From NCBI GenBank assembly GCA_964199315.1, contig OZ116701.1, positions 24,304,001 through 24,368,000 of the forward strand: a DNA stretch of 64,000 nt, written 5' to 3'. The notes below the pieces were generated by a model. It searched no databases. It worked only from the letters and a program-made list of their open reading frames with translations, and was not told the origin of the DNA. The DNA is from Orbicella franksi. Its lineage: Eukaryota. Shown here one piece after another: positions 59,050 through 64,000 of this stretch (the stretch's first letter is position 1; each line of letters opens with the position of its first letter). Made by a program: the position numbers and the translations under genes.

Positions 59050-62000
59050 TCACAAGTCACGCACGCCTAACAAGTTTCTGAGTTTTTCGAAGGTACATTT
59101 CGGGAGTCCCTTCATCATGATGTCCGCTGTCATGTCCTCCGAAGGACAATAAATCACTCTGATCTCATTAGAAAGAACTCTTTCACGAACAAAATGATGA
59201 CAAATGTCAATGTGCTTTGTTCTGTTATGGAATTTGGCATTCTTTGCCAGTTCAATGGCACCCTGATTGTCTTCATAGATAGTAGTTGGAGCATCCATCT
59301 GTCTCCCAAGATCTGTCATTAGACAGCGTAGCCATACAGCTTCTTGTGTAGCTGAACTTAAAGCAACATATTCAGCTTCAGTTGAGGACTTGGCAACTGT
59401 CTGTTGTTTCCTGCTTGACCAGCTGACAGTTCCACTTCCTATCTGAAACACATAGCCTGATGCTGACCTGTGAGTGTCAACATCTCCTGCCCAATCTGCA
59501 TCACTGTAACCAAATAATTCTGGTTTCTCTTCTTGAGCTGTAAATTTTAGACCATACTTCAAAGTTCCTTTGAGGTATCTTAGAACACGTTTCACGCCCA
59601 TCCAGTGATCCTTACTTGGCTTTGACATATACTGGGATAGGACACTAACTGCAGCAGCAATATCTGGTCTTGTCGCTGTTGATATGTAAGTCAGACATCC
59701 AATTACTTGTTGGTAGGTCTGAACATCAAAAGGCTCATCACTTGGTGATAACTGCTGAAACTTTCTACCAGGCTCAAGTGGAGTAGAAACAGGTTTGCAG
59801 TTTTCCATTCCAAAGTTCTTGAGGACTTTGTCCAGGTAGCTGGGTTGACTTACTGTCAATGTTCTGGACTCTCTGTCACAGTTGATTGACATACCAAGGA
59901 GATAGTGGATCTCACCAAGATCAGTCATCTCAAACCTTTCACACAGTGCAGCTTTCTCCGCTTTCAGCAATGCAGGGTTATTTGAGATTGGAATGATGTC
60001 ATCAACATACACACCCATGATCACAAAACTGATGTGACCATCAGCCTCTTTCACTGATTTCACATAAATGCATCCATCAGCATTGCTCTTGCGATAGCCA
60101 ACAGATTTCATATACTCATCAAGAGTAGTGTTCCAACAACGAGCTGACTGTTTAAGTCCATAAATGCTCTTTTTCAGCTTGCAAACATGGTTTGGTCTGT
60201 CAGGATCAACAAATCCTTCCGGTTGAGACATGTAAATGTCACAGTCCAATGAGCCATTCAGAAAGGCAGTTTTTACATCCATTTGATGTATTTCCAAATC
60301 ATGTGCATTAGCTAACGCAAGCAACGATCTCACTGAAGTGTATCTGGCCACTGGTGAGAACACTTCGTCATAGTCGACGCCTTTCACTCGAGAATATCCT
60401 TGTGCAACAAGTCTAGCTTTGAAACGGTCTACACCACCATCTTCGTCACGCTTGACTTTCAGGATCCAGCGAGATCCCACAATGTTCTTTCCTTCAGGTG
60501 GAGGTACTAGATCCCATGTATTATTCTTTAATAAAGAAGAGTACTCTGATTCCATAGCTTCTCTCCATTGGACACACTGTTCACCATTCAATGCTTCTTG
60601 AACTGTCTTCGGCTCATCAATCTCTGAATCAACTAGTAGGCAATCTTCATCACAGAATTTGCTTGGCATTCTTCGCTCTCTTACTGGTGGGAGGTTTCGA
60701 ACTTCTTCCATGAAAACATCTTCATATGTTCTTTGCACTGGTGCTTCTTCATTTGGTACTCCCACTGGTTTAACTATCTGTGGAACTGCAGGCTCAACAT
60801 TTTCTGGAACTGCAGGCTCAACATTTTCTGGAACTGCAGGTTCTTCAGGTACGGAATGCTGGGTAACTCTTTCACTTTCTTGGTCTGCGTCCGGGAATAT
60901 GCTTCTCATGTCTGCTTGGACTGCATCCTTCGGTTTGATCTCATCAAAATGATCAAAGTTCTGTTCAAAGAACTGAACATCTCGGCTCACAACAAACTTC
61001 TTCTCTAAATCATAAAGTTTATACCTTTTGACACCAGGAGGATATCCAACGAAAATTGATTTACGAGCTTTAGCATCTAGCTTTCTCCGCTGACCATTTG
61101 GAACATGCACGTAACTCACACAGCCAAAGACTCTCAGATGAGAAATGTCTGGTCTCCTACCAAACAAACGCTCAAATGGGGTTTCACTCTTCAATGCTGT
61201 TGTGGGGCTTCGGTTGTGAAGGTAAACTGCTGTACTGCAGGCTTCAGCCCAGAAGTCCAATGGTAACTTAGCTTGGTAGAGCATCGATCTTGCTCCCTCC
61301 ATAATTGTGCGATTCATCCGCTCAGCAACTCCATTTTGCTGCGGACAGTATGGAACAGTGAACTTGCGTGAAATTCCTTTCTTAACACAGAATTTCGCAA
61401 AATTGTTCGAGGTGTACTCTCCTCCATTGTCACTTCTCAGGACCTTAACATCATCCTCTGCCAAAATGTTCAGTTTCATAATCTGCTGACCAGTATGTTT
61501 CTCAACGGAATTGACATATTCCTTGAACTTTGAAAGTACTTCACTCTTGGATTTGATGAAGTAAGCAGTCGTGTACTGTGAATAATCATCTGTGAATGTT
61601 AGCATGTATCTACTGCCACCCTTTGATTCCACTTGCATTGGGCCACATACATCACTATGTACAATCTCATATGGTCTGGTTGCCCTGTGTTGGCTCTGTT
61701 TAGGAAAGGGCTTCTTCTGCATTTTGCCAAGTACACATGCTTCACATTCTCTCTGGGGCTGGGTTTCTATCTCACATTTCAGGCCATCAACCATTTCTTT
61801 CTTCACTAACTGATTCACATAGGTGTAGTTTAGATGACCCAATCTACAGTGCCAAACTTCAAGTGATTGTGCACTGTCAGTTTTTGAAACTTGAGCGTAC
61901 TCGATGGTATTGACTGTGTACAGCTTGTCAGACAATAAATGACCAATGACAAATTCCTTACTGTCTTTCAATATCAAACATTTGTCCTTATCAAAGCGAA

Positions 62001-63183
62001 TTTCTGCTCCCATCAATGCCATTGTGGGTACTGAAAGTAGGTTCTTGGTCAATTTTGGTACAAACAACACTTTGTGCAAGTCTAGAACAACATCATGAGA
62101 ACTGTTTACTGTTTGAAGTCTTACCTTCCCTTCACTGAGAGCATGAATCATTGTGCTGTCTCCAAGATAAATATTCTTTGGTTGTTGGTACTCAACAAAG
62201 TTCTCCAAAATGCTTCTGTCGTTTCTCATATGCTTTGTCGCTGCCGAGTCAATGAACCATTCATCTGACCGATTCATCATACTTGAAATCAGTGCAACTC
62301 CTTCGAGTTCAGCCATATTTGAACTTTCTCTTCTGCTGTCATACTGTTTGTTATTGTACGGACAGTTCTTCACAATATGTCCATCCTGGTTACATTTAAA
62401 GCATGTGATTCCTTTGTGTTTTTCTCGTTCATCGCGGTGAGGCTGAGAACCTTTAATGGGATTGGAAATCAGAAAACGTGCACCACGACCGCCACTGGCA
62501 CCACGGCTTCCACCACGTGCTTGATGTCTTCCTCGGTTGAAATTTCTTCCTCTATTGACAAAAAGTGCATTGTCGGCCGCTTTTTTGTTCTCATTCTTTT
62601 CCGCCCTCTTCATATATTCTTCGATCAGTAATCCTTTGACGTTCTCCCAGTCGAGATCATCTGCATTTCTTGCGTTTAAACTCGTCAGGAAATTATCGTA
62701 CGACTCGGGTAAACTTCCTAACACCACGGTGGCGAATTTCTTTGAAGAGATTTCCTCATTCATTTCGCGCAACTGCTCAGCGAGGGAAGTCATGTGGGTT
62801 AAATGTTGCATCAAATCTGCATCTTCTTTCATGCTAGCCACGTAAAATTTACGATTTATACGGACAATCTGTGTGACCGATACAAACTCAAACTGCTTCT
62901 GCAATATTTTCCATGCTTCGAGTGGGTTAGTCACCGAAGAAATGTGAACTTGCAGACCTTTTTCCATGTTTAATGCAATCAGAGAATAGGCTTTGTCGGA
63001 TCGTAACCGAAAGGCATTCTTCACAGCCGCTGTTGCAGTTTCTGCTGGGGGAGTTTCTTGACCTTCTTGTGTAAATCCCCATAGACCACGCTCCATTAAA
63101 ACGAGCTTTATGTTGTACTTCCATGATTGGTAATTCTTCCCATTCAGCTTTTCAATCTTTATAGTTTCCGACATCGATGTCAT
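59050..63183 (-). CDS. Copia gag-pol polyprotein, 1377 aa
   Basis: gag (LNGKNYQSWK), CCHC knuckle, PR (WFIDSAAT), GAG-pre-IN (WHCRLGH), IN (HSDVCGP, LRSDNGGEY, PQQNGVAERMN), RT (FKARLVAQG, MDVKTAFLNG, VYVDD), RH (YSDADWAGD, SSTEAEY, YEDNQGAI, RTKHIDI). No stops. Confidence 0.97.
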   Translation of the reverse strand: MTSMSETIKIEKLNGKNYQSWKYNIKLVLMERGLWGFTQEGQETPPAETATAAVKNAFRLRSDKAYSLIALNMEKGLQVHISSVTNPLEAWKILQKQFEFVSVTQIVRINRKFYVASMKEDADLMQHLTHMTSLAEQLREMNEEISSKKFATVVLGSLPESYDNFLTSLNARNADDLDWENVKGLLIEEYMKRAEKNENKKAADNALFVNRGRNFNRGRHQARGGSRGASGGRGARFLISNPIKGSQPHRDEREKHKGITCFKCNQDGHIVKNCPYNNKQYDSRRESSNMAELEGVALISSMMNRSDEWFIDSAATKHMRNDRSILENFVEYQQPKNIYLGDSTMIHALSEGKVRLQTVNSSHDVVLDLHKVLFVPKLTKNLLSVPTMALMGAEIRFDKDKCLILKDSKEFVIGHLLSDKLYTVNTIEYAQVSKTDSAQSLEVWHCRLGHLNYTYVNQLVKKEMVDGLKCEIETQPQRECEACVLGKMQKKPFPKQSQHRATRPYEIVHSDVCGPMQVESKGGSRYMLTFTDDYSQYTTAYFIKSKSEVLSKFKEYVNSVEKHTGQQIMKLNILAEDDVKVLRSDNGGEYTSNNFAKFCVKKGISRKFTVPYCPQQNGVAERMNRTIMEGARSMLYQAKLPLDFWAEACSTAVYLHNRSPTTALKSETPFERLFGRRPDISHLRVFGCVSYVHVPNGQRRKLDAKARKSIFVGYPPGVKRYKLYDLEKKFVVSRDVQFFEQNFDHFDEIKPKDAVQADMRSIFPDADQESERVTQHSVPEEPAVPENVEPAVPENVEPAVPQIVKPVGVPNEEAPVQRTYEDVFMEEVRNLPPVRERRMPSKFCDEDCLLVDSEIDEPKTVQEALNGEQCVQWREAMESEYSSLLKNNTWDLVPPPEGKNIVGSRWILKVKRDEDGGVDRFKARLVAQGYSRVKGVDYDEVFSPVARYTSVRSLLALANAHDLEIHQMDVKTAFLNGSLDCDIYMSQPEGFVDPDRPNHVCKLKKSIYGLKQSARCWNTTLDEYMKSVGYRKSNADGCIYVKSVKEADGHISFVIMGVYVDDIIPISNNPALLKAEKAALCERFEMTDLGEIHYLLGMSINCDRESRTLTVSQPSYLDKVLKNFGMENCKPVSTPLEPGRKFQQLSPSDEPFDVQTYQQVIGCLTYISTATRPDIAAAVSVLSQYMSKPSKDHWMGVKRVLRYLKGTLKYGLKFTAQEEKPELFGYSDADWAGDVDTHRSASGYVFQIGSGTVSWSSRKQQTVAKSSTEAEYVALSSATQEAVWLRCLMTDLGRQMDAPTTIYEDNQGAIELAKNAKFHNRTKHIDICHHFVRERVLSNEIRVIYCPSEDMTADIMMKGLPKCTFEKLRNLLGVRDL

Positions 63184-63224
63184 GTTCTACGGCAAAACAG
63201 CGTTAAATAACAACAACTCCACGT

Positions 63225-63239
63225 CCTGGGCCCATAACC
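63225..63239 (-). promoter_or_regulatory. Copia primer-binding site
   Basis: GGTTATGGGCCCAGG one nt after the 5' LTR; same type as the Drosophila copia PBS, which pairs with a tRNAi-Met half molecule. Confidence 0.85.
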
Positions 63240-63437
63240 TGTTAAAATAAACCAACCGAGCCACAACTATCCAGGACTTTTTAATCTAAACTGAACACAC
63301 TACTCATGTACATCGTCATGTAGGATCAAAAACCTAGTCAAACAACAACAACATGGCAGGAACTTGAAGCGTGCATTAAAGAGAATCAACCAATCAGCTT
63401 CTATTGTAACGCATACATTATCATAAATATTTCAACA
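63240..63437 (-). repeat. 5' LTR of Copia
   Basis: Direct repeat of 58783-58980. Confidence 0.96.
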
Positions 63438-63690
63438 GCATGGTGTGGTAATGATGAAAGCAAGGTTCTATGCACAGATGTCTCTGGCACACAGCACACT
63501 CATAGACTGTTTCCACTTCTTGGGTGTGGACAATGCATGCTTTCTTTGCATCTCGTTTTACCAGGTGGTGAAAATCATTATGATTGAAGTGAATTTCTGC
63601 TGGAAGAGGGGTTGAAGGCCTTCCCCTTTTCTTGACATAAGTTCTTCTACCAATCAATTGCTTTGACAATAATGCATGGAATGTAAGCTG
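63438..63690 (-). pseudogene. piggyBac-type transposase C-terminal Cys-rich domain, interrupted by Copia (continues at 58782-~58705)
   Basis: KKRGRP...HLVKRDAKKACIVHTQEVETVYECAVCQRHLCIEPCFHHYHTM; across the TSD it continues QQFKFDDPSKTRDKSGRKSQNTR*. Confidence 0.7.
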
Positions 63691-63694
63691 TGTC

Positions 63695-64000
63695 TGCCGA
63701 GCAAGTGACAAGAGAAAACTTGAACGCACCCTAGAGAGGGGTTTGCGTGCAGTCTTCAGAGATAGCAAATCTACTTATGAGGAACTGCTGAAGAAAGCTA
63801 ATTTAAAATCTCTTTACGAAAGAAGACTACAGGATATAGCTTGTTTGATGTTCAAAGTGAAGCATGATTTGTGTCCTCCAAACGTCAAAAATATGTTCTC
63901 ATTGAAAAGTTCTACTTACAACCTTAGAAGCGCAGATTTCCACATTCCCAGATTTAATACTGTCACCTATGGTAAACACTTGCTAAGATATATTGGACCT
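63695..64000 (+). mobile_element. C-terminal part of a CR1/L2-group LINE ORF2, runs off the window end
   Basis: Open frame CRASDKRKLERTLERGLRAVFRDSKSTYEELLKKANLKSLYERRLQDIACLMFKVKHDL...YNLRSADFHIPRFNTVTYGKHLLRYIGP. Confidence 0.75.

Larger units (their letters stand above)
58783..63437 (-). mobile_element. Intact Ty1/Copia LTR retrotransposon (4655 bp)
   Basis: 198-bp LTRs differ at 3 positions. TSD GCATG (58778-58782, 63438-63442); PBS GGTTATGGGCCCAG; PPT CAAGTGGGAG; single open ORF. Confidence 0.97.

Noticed and set aside
60419-62845. Plus-strand ORFs overlapping the Copia ORF (and similar antisense ORFs over BEL, Gypsy and L2)
   Set aside because: They are shadow frames of the real minus-strand genes and contain no motifs.

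Overview
This is eukaryotic (animal) genomic DNA, AT-rich, with spliceosomal introns and no intact host gene. The repeat families suggest a cnidarian, probably a stony coral; that assignment is inference. The window is a stack of nested transposable elements. (i) LTR retrotransposons: an intact Copia (58783-63437, 1377-aa ORF, 5-bp TSD), a full-length decayed BEL/Pao (12012-17977), a full-length decayed Gypsy (44861-50462), a 5'-truncated BEL (51888-58305), a Gypsy gag relic and two solo LTRs. (ii) Penelope-like elements: a head-to-tail pair with two hammerhead ribozymes (2606-6972), a 5'-truncated copy with no C-terminal endonuclease inside the Gypsy integrase (46148-46980), and a GIY-YIG tail with a variant hammerhead. 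(iii) LINEs: an L2-type copy and CR1-type fragments. (iv) DNA transposons: a TIR/TA-bounded pogo/Tigger, THAP and DDE_Tnp_4 relics, a piggyBac relic and several MITEs. The most interesting candidate is a ~7.1-kb CACTA/EnSpm-like element (25204-32325). It carries an intron-rich transposase on + and a divergent, spliced BEN-domain gene on -, and is bracketed by mutually inverted GGGATCCC-core subterminal arrays, so the BEN protein may be the end-binding TnpA analogue. Other notable items are a 250-bp tandem array of Pol III tRNA-like genes with a GGU anticodon, an intronless RPA70-like pseudogene, and an old SAM/CCHC/GRF zinc-finger reading frame seen only after removing younger insertions. Family names come from motif recognition by eye; no database search was run.
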